Of a stretch of 64,000 nt of DNA, positions 56,164 to 64,000 are shown piece by piece (position 1 is the first letter of the stretch; every line of letters begins with the position of its first letter). Source of the DNA: an uncultured Flavobacteriales bacterium (lineage in GTDB: Bacteria > Bacteroidota > Bacteroidia > Flavobacteriales > UBA1820); the NCBI GenBank assembly GCA_902478645.1, contig CABSLV010000001.1, positions 15,701 through 79,700 on the forward strand. The letters are read 5' to 3'. The translations under genes were made by a program, and so were the position numbers. The notes under the pieces were generated by a model. The model was not told the DNA's origin. It was given only the letters and a program-made list of their open reading frames with translations, and made no database searches.

Positions 56164-56201
56164 AAAAAACGCCGCAGCGCTACCCGCGCTGCGGCGTTTT
56201 T
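56164..56201 (-). terminator. terminator after tRNA-Arg
   Basis: cgccgcagcgc / gcgctgcggcg forms an 11-bp stem flanked by A6 and T5. Confidence 0.8.
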
Positions 56202-56202
56202 G

Positions 56203-56274
56203 TACCCCCGGAAGGAATCGAACCTTCATCAATGGTACCGGAAACCATCATTCTATCCGTTGAACTACGGAGGC
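56203..56274 (-). tRNA. tRNA-Arg (anticodon CCG)
   Basis: The minus strand reads GCCTCCG..ATGGT TTCCGGT ACCAT..GAAGG TTCGATT CCTTC CGGGGGT A. The cloverleaf was drawn by hand and has two G-U pairs in the acceptor stem. Confidence 0.85.
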
Positions 56275-56284
56275 AATACCGGGA

Positions 56285-56292
56285 CAAAGATA
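56285..56292 (-). promoter_or_regulatory. -7 box TATCTTTG for tRNA-Arg
   Basis: Reverse complement of caaagata, 10 nt upstream of the tRNA 5' end. Confidence 0.6.
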
Positions 56293-56417
56293 CATTTTTT
56301 TCCCCTTACAACGCAAGGGGTATTTTCCCCCGGGGAAAAAAGCAAACCTTTTGCCTGTCGGGACCGAGCGGACCGAGCCTTAATTTGCGTACATTTACTC
56401 CAAAAGCAACGACCGCC

Positions 56418-57065
56418 ATGAAACCCCGTGAAAAATTCGTCAGCTGCGGCCCGGAAAGCCTCTCGGACCAGGAGCTCCTCGCCATCCTGATCGGCTCGGG
56501 CACCACTGGCCTGTCCGCCCACCAGATCGCCGCCGGACTCCTGGACTATACCTCGGGCAGCCTCGCGCGCATTGCCGCCATGAGCCCCGGCGAACTATGC
56601 TCGGTCAAAGGCATCGGCCAGGCCACCGCCATCGAGATCGGAGCCTGCTTCGAGATCGCCCGCCGCGCCGCCCGGGAAACGAACGAAGCCCCCGTGATCC
56701 GCACCGCGCAGGACGTATTCACCGCCCTCGAGCCCGAAATGCGCCATCTGGACCACGAAGAGTTCTGGGTCCTCCACCTCGCCCCTTCCGGGAAAATCCT
56801 GATGCGCCAACGGGTAAGCCAAGGCGGTTTCAGCGCCGCCGCCATCGACCAGCGCATGATCTTCCGCCGGGCATACGCCTTGGGCAGCGAAGCCATCGTC
56901 CTGTGCCACAACCACCCCTCCGGATCGCTCTCCGTATCGCCCCAGGACATTCGCGCCACGCAAGAGATCCACAGCGCCTGCCGCCTGCTGGGCTTCCGCC
57001 TGGCGGATCACGTCATTTTCGTCCCCGGAGGATACATCAGCCTGGCCGAAAGAGGACTTTTGTAA
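56418..57065 (+). CDS. radC: RadC-family JAB-domain protein (UPF0758)
   Basis: Start set at MKPREKF. Contains an N-terminal HhH-like LSDQELLAILIGSG and the JAMM motif LCHNHPSGSLSVSPQD. Confidence 0.85.
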   Translation: MKPREKFVSCGPESLSDQELLAILIGSGTTGLSAHQIAAGLLDYTSGSLARIAAMSPGELCSVKGIGQATAIEIGACFEIARRAARETNEAPVIRTAQDVFTALEPEMRHLDHEEFWVLHLAPSGKILMRQRVSQGGFSAAAIDQRMIFRRAYALGSEAIVLCHNHPSGSLSVSPQDIRATQEIHSACRLLGFRLADHVIFVPGGYISLAERGLL

Positions 57066-57097
57066 ACACCCCCGCCAAAGAATCCCCGAACAAAGCC

Positions 57098-57520
57098 ATG
57101 ATAGATTTTACTTCTTTGTACAAAAAGGTCGATGAATTGGTCGATGCAAACGATTTCGAACCGGCCTTGACTCTCGTGCGCGATGCCGCTCACCGGATCC
57201 TGGAGGGGGGAAAATTACCTGTTTCTAAAGAAGAAATAGAACGCTTTCTAACAGAAGCAGATTCTGCAATGGACAGGGCAGAAAACAGTCAGCGAGGTGC
57301 ATTTTGGAGCCATGAACTTGATATTTTATCGAATGATATTACTATGACGGGATTAAGAATCATTCGTAAGCATAACATACAGGATATAAAGATTAGGATA
57401 TCATATGTACGTGTAGCTTGTATTATTGAAAAGGATCCGGAAAAATTAGCGGCCTTGCACAAAGAGTTCGACGAGTTGTCGGCTTTGTATGCCGCACAGT
57501 CCCGCCACAAGAAGCTGTGA
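57098..57520 (+). CDS. hypothetical helical protein with an AT-rich central segment
   Basis: 140-aa in-frame ORF starting MIDFTSLYKK. A strong bidirectional terminator follows. No family recognised. Confidence 0.5.
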   Translation: MIDFTSLYKKVDELVDANDFEPALTLVRDAAHRILEGGKLPVSKEEIERFLTEADSAMDRAENSQRGAFWSHELDILSNDITMTGLRIIRKHNIQDIKIRISYVRVACIIEKDPEKLAALHKEFDELSALYAAQSRHKKL

Positions 57521-57537
57521 AGGGCTTTCTTTCCCGG

Positions 57538-57574
57538 AAAAAGAGCCGCACTCCGACGGAGTGCGGCTCTTTTA
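57538..57574. terminator. bidirectional terminator between convergent genes
   Basis: aaaaagagccgcactcc gac ggagtgcggctctttt. Confidence 0.85.
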
Positions 57575-57619
57575 TGTCCCTTCCCGACAAACCGGGATAC
57601 CTCCCTGAAAAAAACGCCC

Positions 57620-58303
57620 TCAACGTTTCAAACGGAAACGGATGTAGGTAATGGGCGTTTGGGTTTCGAGGTATTTCTTTTCGTAGAAAGTCTGGATGGT
57701 CTTGAGCTCCTCGGGGGCATTGTCGTCGCGGTACAGGTCGTGCTGGGCGTAGAGCACCTCATGTCCCAAGCCGTGAAGCAAACCCAAAGTATAGCCATGC
57801 AGGAAAGCCGAATCGGTCTTCAGGTGAATCAACCCGTCTTTCTTGAGGATCCGGGTGTATTTCTCCAGGAAACCTTCGCCGGTAAGCCGATGCTTGGTCC
57901 GGCGGTATTTGATCTGCGGGTCGGGGAACGTGATCCAGATCTCGTCCACTTCGTCCGGAGCGAAACACTGGTCGATCAACTCGATCTGCGTGCGCAGAAA
58001 CCCGGCGTTGGGCATCCCTTCCTCGGTAACCGTCTTGGCGCCCCGCCACAGACGGGCACCCTTGATGTCCACCCCGATGAAGTTCTTTTCCGGATGGCGC
58101 CGCGCCAGTCCGACGGTATATTCCCCCTTGCCGCATCCCAACTCCAGGACAATGGGATGGTCGTTGCCGAAAAATTCCTCCCGCCAATGCCCCCTCAACG
58201 GGAAATTCCCTTCGAGCAATTCCTCCCGCGAAGGCTGCAGCAGCCGCGAGAAAGTTTCATTTTCCTGAAAACGCTTTAGTTTGTGTTTGCTTCCCATCGA
58301 CAA
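57620..58303 (-). CDS. trmB: tRNA (guanine-N7)-methyltransferase
   Basis: 227 aa containing the SAM motif LELGCGKGEY and FPDPQ. Confidence 0.9.
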   Translation of the reverse strand: MSMGSKHKLKRFQENETFSRLLQPSREELLEGNFPLRGHWREEFFGNDHPIVLELGCGKGEYTVGLARRHPEKNFIGVDIKGARLWRGAKTVTEEGMPNAGFLRTQIELIDQCFAPDEVDEIWITFPDPQIKYRRTKHRLTGEGFLEKYTRILKKDGLIHLKTDSAFLHGYTLGLLHGLGHEVLYAQHDLYRDDNAPEELKTIQTFYEKKYLETQTPITYIRFRLKR

Positions 58304-58321
58304 AAAATATTGTACTGCTTT

Positions 58322-59581
58322 TTACTGCCCGGAACGGATCGCCTCCACTGGATCCATCCGCGCTCCCATGTACGCCGGCATGATCCCGGCCAAAAGACCG
58401 ATCACCGCCGAAATCACCACCCCGATGTTGATGTTGGTCAGCGAGAGGTAAAACTCCATCCCCGAGAGGGCCTCGGCCGCCGCCATTGCCCCCCATACCA
58501 TCAGGATACCGATCAACCCGCCGATCAGCGAGAGGAATACCGCCTCGAAAACGAACTGAAGGAGGATAAAACTGTTCTTGGCACCCAAAGCTTTTTGGAT
58601 ACCGATCTGATTGGTCCGCTCGCGCACGCTCACGAACATGATGTTGGCGATACCGAACCCGCCCACCAGCATCGAAAAACCGCCGATGATAAAGCCCGCC
58701 AGGTTGAGCATCGAGTACAGCGGCGCAAAGGTATTGGCGATCACCGAAGGAACGTTCAACTCAAAATTGTCCTTGGCATCGGGTGCCAGGCGGCGGATCG
58801 AACGCATGTGCCCGCGCAACTCACTCAAGAACTCGTCCATGTCGGCCTTCTGCGCATCCGTAGGATTGACGATCAGGTTACCCCCCGAACGGTTGGTGAT
58901 AGGGGTGTACTTGCGGTAGAAATTGACCGGAATAAAGACCCTGTTGTCCTTCGAAACCCCGAACATCTGCTCGCCCTCCTTTTCCAGCGTGCCGATAATG
59001 CGCAGTTTCTGCCCCCGGTAGAGGATCGTTTTGCCCAAAGCCTGTTCGTCCGAACCGAAACTGTTGGTATAGATATCGTAACCCACCACCGCCACCGGCG
59101 TCCCCGCCGCGCTTTCCACCGGTGAAAAGAAACGGCCCTGGGTTATCTTCATCTGCTCGATGTTTTCATATTCCTGGGAGACCGCCAGGATCTGAAAATC
59201 GGTAATATTCTCGTTGTTTATTTTTATCTGGCCATACCCCTGCAGGTAAAAAGCGATCCGATCCGCGATGTCGGGCAACTGACGGCGCAGCGCAGCGGCC
59301 TCTTCCAAGGTAGGATAAGGCCGTTTCTGAATGTCCCACCATTCGGCGTTCATCACCATCCCCCAGGGCCACTTGTCGATATAGACCACCTCGGCCCCCA
59401 TCGAAGCCAAGTCATCGTCCACATTTTTCTTGAGCGAATCCACCGCAGCCAGCACCGTAATGATGCAGAAAATACCGATGCTGATCCCCAACAAGGACAA
59501 CAACGTACGCAACTTGTTCTTCACCAGGGCATCCCAGGCGAACTTTACGCTCTCGGTAAACAGGATGATCGATTTTCGCAT
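58322..59581 (-). CDS. ABC transporter permease, MacB/FtsX-like
   Basis: Trimmed to MRKSIILFTESVKFAWDALVKNKLRTLLSLLGISIGI (in-frame ATG at 59581). It has a large periplasmic loop and a C-terminal FtsX 3-TM bundle. The upstream part of the track ORF is a translation of the repeat. Confidence 0.8.
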   Translation of the reverse strand: MRKSIILFTESVKFAWDALVKNKLRTLLSLLGISIGIFCIITVLAAVDSLKKNVDDDLASMGAEVVYIDKWPWGMVMNAEWWDIQKRPYPTLEEAAALRRQLPDIADRIAFYLQGYGQIKINNENITDFQILAVSQEYENIEQMKITQGRFFSPVESAAGTPVAVVGYDIYTNSFGSDEQALGKTILYRGQKLRIIGTLEKEGEQMFGVSKDNRVFIPVNFYRKYTPITNRSGGNLIVNPTDAQKADMDEFLSELRGHMRSIRRLAPDAKDNFELNVPSVIANTFAPLYSMLNLAGFIIGGFSMLVGGFGIANIMFVSVRERTNQIGIQKALGAKNSFILLQFVFEAVFLSLIGGLIGILMVWGAMAAAEALSGMEFYLSLTNINIGVVISAVIGLLAGIMPAYMGARMDPVEAIRSGQ

Positions 59582-59612
59582 GGCTCTTTCTCGATTTCGC
59601 AATAGCCGCTGA

Positions 59613-59620
59613 CAAAGATA
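59613..59620 (-). promoter_or_regulatory. -7 box TATCTTTG (end of repeat array C) for the ABC permease
   Basis: Reverse complement of caaagata, 32 nt upstream of the ATG at 59581. Confidence 0.5.
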
Positions 59621-59830
59621 GTGAAAGCCGAGGGCAAAGCCGCGAGGGAAAACGAAGTTTTTCCTCAGAGGATTTGCCGAGGCGCATCCTGTCTTATGAA
59701 AAGATAGTGAAAGCCGAGGGCAAAGCCGCGAGGGAAAACGAAGTTTTTCCTCAGAGGATTTGCCGAAGCGCATCCTGTCTTATGAAAAGACAGTGAAAGC
59801 CGAGCGCAAAGACGAGGGGGAGAACGAATA
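59613..59830. repeat. tandem repeat array C (86-bp unit, 2 full copies plus a degenerate partial copy)
   Basis: Copy 1 (59615-59700) and copy 2 (59701-59786) differ at a single base. A partial third copy spans 59787 to about 59830. Confidence 0.95.
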
Positions 59831-59913
59831 TCAAAAAACAACCCGAACCCACACCACGACACACCACCCCGCAATTCCTACTCCCTGAAATCCATCCAAG
59901 ACCGGATTTTGCG

Positions 59914-59921
59914 TACCTTTG
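59914..59921 (+). promoter_or_regulatory. -7 box TACCTTTG for wecC
   Basis: Lies 27 nt upstream of the ATG at 59948. Confidence 0.55.
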
Positions 59922-59947
59922 CAAGAAACAAACCCATCATTCGGACA

Positions 59948-61150
59948 ATGAATACCTTGTTTTTAGGACTGGGATACATCGGACTGCCCACGGCCGCCGT
60001 AGCCGCCAGCCGGGGATTGCAAGTAACCGGCGTGGATGTCAACCCCACTGTGGTAGAAACCATCAACCGCGGGGAAATCCACATTGTCGAACCCGGACTG
60101 CGGCAAGTCGTGCACCAGGCCGTCGCCGAAGGTCGCCTGCGCGCCACCACCACCCCGGTAGTGAGCGACGTTTACCTGGTCGTCGTTCCCACCCCCTTCA
60201 AAGGCAATCACGAACCGGACATCTCGTACGTGGAGGCCGCCACCCGCTCGGTCATTCCCCTGCTCAAGGAAGACGACCTGTTTATCATCGAATCGACCTC
60301 ACCGGTAGGAACCACCGACAAGATGGCTCACCTTATCTTCGAACACCGTCCCGAACTGCAAGGCAAACTCCACATCGCCTACTGCCCCGAACGCGTGCTG
60401 CCCGGAAACGTCCTGTACGAACTGGTGCACAACGACCGGGTGATCGGCGGCATCGACCCGGCCTCGACCGAAAAAGCCGTCGCTTTTTACTCCCGGTTCG
60501 TCGAAGGCCAGTTGCACCGCACCAATGCCAAAACGGCCGAAATGTGCAAACTGACCGAAAACTCCTCACGAGACGTGCAGATCGCCTTTGCCAACGAACT
60601 CTCGCTCATCTGCGACAAAGCCGGCATCAACGTCTGGGAACTCATCGCCCTGGCCAACAAACACCCTCGCGTAAACATCCTCCAGCCCGGTAGCGGCGTA
60701 GGCGGGCACTGCATCGCGGTGGACCCGTATTTCATCACGGCGGACTTTCCGGTCGAATCCCAACTCATCGCCAAATCGCGCGAGATCAACAACTACAAAG
60801 CCTTCTGGTGCGCCGACAAAACCAAGCGCGCCATCGAGGACTTTACCTTGAAAAACGGCCGCAAACCCCGCGTCGCCCTGATGGGACTGGCCTTCAAACC
60901 CAATATCGACGACCTGCGCGAAAGCCCTGCCAAATACATCGTCTCCAAGGTCATGGAAGGCGAAGACGCCGACTACATGATCGTCGAACCCAACATCACG
61001 GAACACAAGGTCTTCAAGCTCACGGATTACCAAGAGGCTTATCAGCAGGCCGACATCGTCGCCTTCCTGGTCGCCCACGATCCGTTCAAAACCCTGCCCT
61101 ACGACCCCGGGAAAATCATCCTGGACTTCTGCGGCATCTTCAAGAAATAA
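59948..61150 (+). CDS. wecC: UDP-N-acetyl-D-mannosamine dehydrogenase
   Basis: Start set at MNTLFLGLGYIGLPTA (Rossmann). Contains the catalytic Cys region GVGGHCI of the UDP-sugar 6-dehydrogenase family. It is paired with wecB. Confidence 0.8.
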   Translation: MNTLFLGLGYIGLPTAAVAASRGLQVTGVDVNPTVVETINRGEIHIVEPGLRQVVHQAVAEGRLRATTTPVVSDVYLVVVPTPFKGNHEPDISYVEAATRSVIPLLKEDDLFIIESTSPVGTTDKMAHLIFEHRPELQGKLHIAYCPERVLPGNVLYELVHNDRVIGGIDPASTEKAVAFYSRFVEGQLHRTNAKTAEMCKLTENSSRDVQIAFANELSLICDKAGINVWELIALANKHPRVNILQPGSGVGGHCIAVDPYFITADFPVESQLIAKSREINNYKAFWCADKTKRAIEDFTLKNGRKPRVALMGLAFKPNIDDLRESPAKYIVSKVMEGEDADYMIVEPNITEHKVFKLTDYQEAYQQADIVAFLVAHDPFKTLPYDPGKIILDFCGIFKK

Positions 61151-61177
61151 CCCTCCCCTTCCCTAACCAACCCTGCC

Positions 61178-62344
61178 ATGAAAACCGTCATGCTCGTCTT
61201 CGGAACCCGACCGGAAGCCATCAAAATGGCCCCGCTGGTAAAGGCCTTCGAAAAACACCCGCAGGACTTCACCCCCCTCGTATGCGTGACCGGGCAGCAC
61301 CGGGAAATGCTCGACCAGGTACTCCGCCTGTTCGACATCGTACCCGACTACGACCTGAACATCATGAAACAGGGACAGGACCTGTACGACGTTACCGCAC
61401 GGGTACTGATGGGCATGAGAGACGTACTCAAACAAGCCCAACCGGACATCGTCCTGGTGCACGGGGATACCACCACCAGTACAGCTGCCGCCCTGGCCGC
61501 ATTTTACCAGCAGATCCCCGTCGGACACGTCGAAGCCGGACTGCGCACCCACGACATCTACAGTCCCTGGCCCGAAGAAATGAACCGCCAGATCACGGGG
61601 CGCATCGCCACCTACCATTTCGCCCCCACTCCTTTGGCGCAGGAAAATCTGTTGAAGGAAAACATCCCTCCTCAACACATCACCGTAACGGGCAATACCG
61701 TCATCGATGCCCTGTACGCCGTAGTGGAAAAGATCCAACAGGACCGAAACCTTTCCGGACAACTGACCGAACGTCTGCAAGCCGCAGGATACGATCCGCT
61801 GCGCACCGAACAGGGGCGACGGCTAGTGCTGATCACCGGCCACCGCCGGGAAAATTTCGGCGAAGGATTCCGCAATATCTGCCGGGCCATCAAAACCCTT
61901 TCCGAAAAATACCCGGAGGTCGATTTCGTCTATCCGATGCACCTCAACCCGAATGTCCGCCGGCCCATCGCCGAGGTGTTCGGCCAGCAGCACGGAGCAA
62001 ACCTCTTCTTCATCGAACCGCTCGAATACCTGGAATTCGTCTTTCTGATGGAAAAAAGCACCTTGGTACTCACCGACAGCGGAGGCATCCAGGAAGAGGC
62101 TCCCGGCCTGGGAAAACCGGTACTGGTCATGCGCGACACGACCGAACGGCCCGAAGCTCTCGCCGCCGGAACGGTACGCCTGGTCGGTACGGACTACGAC
62201 CGCATCACAGGCGAGGTATCCCGCCTGTTGGACGATGAGGCTTACTACGAATCCATGAGCCGGGCGGTCAATCCTTACGGCGATGGTTTGGCGTGCGGGC
62301 GGATCGTACAAACATTCCTGAATATCGGTCAGTCCGAGGACTGA
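61178..62344 (+). CDS. wecB: UDP-N-acetylglucosamine 2-epimerase (non-hydrolysing)
   Basis: Contains [29 protein letters not shown] and [11 protein letters not shown]. Confidence 0.9.
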   Translation: MKTVMLVFGTRPEAIKMAPLVKAFEKHPQDFTPLVCVTGQHREMLDQVLRLFDIVPDYDLNIMKQGQDLYDVTARVLMGMRDVLKQAQPDIVLVHGDTTTSTAAALAAFYQQIPVGHVEAGLRTHDIYSPWPEEMNRQITGRIATYHFAPTPLAQENLLKENIPPQHITVTGNTVIDALYAVVEKIQQDRNLSGQLTERLQAAGYDPLRTEQGRRLVLITGHRRENFGEGFRNICRAIKTLSEKYPEVDFVYPMHLNPNVRRPIAEVFGQQHGANLFFIEPLEYLEFVFLMEKSTLVLTDSGGIQEEAPGLGKPVLVMRDTTERPEALAAGTVRLVGTDYDRITGEVSRLLDDEAYYESMSRAVNPYGDGLACGRIVQTFLNIGQSED

Positions 62345-62399
62345 CCCGGATATTTCACCCTGCAAGCCTTCTATCGCAAGAGGTCCGTGAAAAATCCCC

Positions 62400-62407
62400 T
62401 AACTTTG
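62400..62407 (+). promoter_or_regulatory. -7 box TAACTTTG
   Basis: Lies 28 nt upstream of the ATG at 62435. Confidence 0.5.
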
Positions 62408-62434
62408 AGGAGCATTTCTCTTGAGAAAAACACT

Positions 62435-63928
62435 ATGCCGGAAAACAACAACTCTTTCCGTAATATCGTAAAATCGACAACCGTTGTCGGCGGGGCACAG
62501 GTCATCCAAATGGTGATCACCATCCTGCGGGCAAAGATCGTTGCCGTGTTGTTGGGTAGTGCCGGCATGGGAATCATCGCCCTGATCCAGTCCGCTATTT
62601 TTACCATCCAACAGTTTACCAATTTCGGTATTTTCCAAAGCGGAGTACGGGAACTCTCCCAAGCCGCTCAAGACAAAGACCCTCACAAACTGAGCCTCCT
62701 GTACAAAGTCTTTGTGCGCTTGGGCGTGATCGTAGGACTACTCGGCATCGTGGTATGTGCGGCCGGAGCTCCGTTGCTGAGCCGGTTCGCATTTTCCAAT
62801 CCGGATTACACCTGGTCGTTCGTTTTCGTCTCGGTGTCCTTGCTGCTGATGTCCCTGTCGAACACTTCCGTTGTCTGGATGCAGGCGACCCGGCATTTGA
62901 AATCGCTGGCAAAGTCCTCTCTGTTGGGGGCCGCTCTGAGTTTAGGCATCGCCATACCCATTTTCTATTTCCTGAGAGAAGACGGAATCGTTCCCGCCAT
63001 TGTCGGCGGTTATTTGGCTCTGTTTCTGGTAAACGGTTATTTTGCCCGAAAGATAAAAACCGTCCCGGTGCCCGCCCCTACCGTCTCCCAGGTTACCAAA
63101 CTGGGCACTCCCATTGTCAAACTGGGTGTCGTACTGATGTTGAGCAACTCGATCCTGACCTTTTTGGTCTTTTTGCTCAACAGTTTCATCCGACGCTATG
63201 GAAGCATCGATGACGTGGGATTTTACCAAGCCGCCCTTTCGATCTGCGTTCAAGGCATGGTCGTAGTCAACGCAACATTGGCCGCCGACTATTTCCCAAG
63301 ACTCTCCGCCGTACATCAGGATCAGGAAAAGGTTCGGCAGATGTCTTCGCAACAGGCCGAGCTCATCACGTTCATCATGGGGCCTTTTTCCGTATTGTTG
63401 ATCATCTTTGCGCCTTTCGTGGTAACACTTTTATTGGCGGAAGAATTCCGGGTCATCATTCCGATGTTGCGATGGATGTCGTTAGCGCTGCTGTTCCGGG
63501 GGTTGTGGAACGTGCTGGGATTTATCATACTGGCCAAAGGAGATAAAAAAACATTCCTATATTACGACGCCATCATAGGCCATGGCATGAATTTCGTACT
63601 GAACTGTATCGGGTATTATTTTTGGGGGCTCAACGGCCTGGCGATCACCTATCTGGTCGGTTCGATACTCATGTGTGCAGTCCTGATCGTGGTAATAAGA
63701 GTGAAATACGATATCCACCTGACAGGCGGGGATTTCAAAATCATGGGACTTTATGCCGCCATATCCGCCGCGGCCATGCTGACCGTATGGTTTTTGAGCG
63801 GGTTCTATTACTATGCCTGCATTGTCGCTCTGGTAGCATTTTCCCTGATCTTCACACTGCGGCAACTCGATCGGCGAATGGGGTTGGCCGCACTGATTCG
63901 TTCGAGGTTCAAGAATACTCCCCGATAA
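62435..63928 (+). CDS. polysaccharide/oligosaccharide flippase (Wzx, MOP superfamily)
   Basis: About 497 aa with 12 or more TM helices. Typical Wzx-type N-terminus NIVKSTTVVGGAQVIQMVITILRAKIVAVLLG. GC content is visibly lower than in the neighbouring genes. Confidence 0.75.
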   Translation: MPENNNSFRNIVKSTTVVGGAQVIQMVITILRAKIVAVLLGSAGMGIIALIQSAIFTIQQFTNFGIFQSGVRELSQAAQDKDPHKLSLLYKVFVRLGVIVGLLGIVVCAAGAPLLSRFAFSNPDYTWSFVFVSVSLLLMSLSNTSVVWMQATRHLKSLAKSSLLGAALSLGIAIPIFYFLREDGIVPAIVGGYLALFLVNGYFARKIKTVPVPAPTVSQVTKLGTPIVKLGVVLMLSNSILTFLVFLLNSFIRRYGSIDDVGFYQAALSICVQGMVVVNATLAADYFPRLSAVHQDQEKVRQMSSQQAELITFIMGPFSVLLIIFAPFVVTLLLAEEFRVIIPMLRWMSLALLFRGLWNVLGFIILAKGDKKTFLYYDAIIGHGMNFVLNCIGYYFWGLNGLAITYLVGSILMCAVLIVVIRVKYDIHLTGGDFKIMGLYAAISAAAMLTVWFLSGFYYYACIVALVAFSLIFTLRQLDRRMGLAALIRSRFKNTPR

Positions 63929-64000
63929 CCCTCCTGCAGCCGGACACAAAAAAACAGATTCCACCCGCATCTTCGGATCCTATCCGCACCGGTATTTCGT

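Noticed and set aside
56303-56321. Hairpin cccctt acaacgc aagggg followed by tatttt on the plus strand
   Set aside because: No plus-strand gene ends upstream of it. It lies just upstream of the tRNA-Arg promoter on the opposite strand. It is too short and isolated to call a terminator or regulatory element.
59613-59830. Whether the tandem repeats are a small CRISPR array
   Set aside because: The units are contiguous (period equals unit length, 86 bp) with no unique spacers. There are no cas genes in the window, and 86 bp is far longer than a CRISPR repeat.
1-64000. Search for integrases, transposases, restriction-modification, toxin-antitoxin, CRISPR-Cas or other defence or mobile signatures
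   Set aside because: None of the credible ORFs shows the relevant motifs. Apart from the repeat family and the AT-rich segment at 57.2-57.4 kb, the window reads as core chromosome.

Overview
The window looks like a high-GC (~60%) Bacteroidota chromosome segment, probably Bacteroidales (Alistipes/Rikenellaceae-like). That assignment is inferred from gene content, the near absence of Shine-Dalgarno sites, and a TAnnTTTG box at the expected distance upstream of about 25 genes. Content is almost entirely housekeeping.

Main coding content:
- **Amino-acid biosynthesis:** partial trxB, argH plus an ArgE-like M20 deacylase, lysC, and a 15-gene co-directional block on the minus strand (hisG-D-C-B-H-A-F-IE followed directly by trpB-E-G-D-C-F-A).
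- **Other core genes:** radA, dxs, prs, rplY, rpmE2 (L31 type B), coaE, aspS, idi, gpsA, radC, trmB, lspA, and a phosphohexomutase.
- **Membrane and envelope genes:** a patatin-Omp85 fusion (PlpD-like), a split three-part polyprenyl-phosphate-sugar glycosylation module (GT-C ArnT-like, GT2, double LAB_N), a compact Kv-type K+ channel and a ClC channel.
- **Polysaccharide locus:** wecC, wecB and a Wzx-like flippase begin at the right edge.
- **tRNAs:** Asp-GTC, Leu-CAG and Arg-CCG.

I recognised no CRISPR array, transposase, integrase or defence system.

The observations most worth a second look:
1. An 86-bp hairpin-containing repeat occurs in tandem at three intergenic loci. In each case it is oriented so that its TAnnTTTG-bearing end abuts the start of the downstream gene.
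2. Leader-peptide plus terminator attenuator candidates sit upstream of trpB (Trp-Trp-Trp leader) and hisG (H-P-V-H-H leader).
3. A 31-bp perfect palindrome lies between two convergent genes.
4. A ~31% GC segment, bracketed by an 8-bp inverted repeat, sits inside an otherwise GC-rich small ORF.

Functional calls come from reading motifs in the translated ORFs. No database search was possible.
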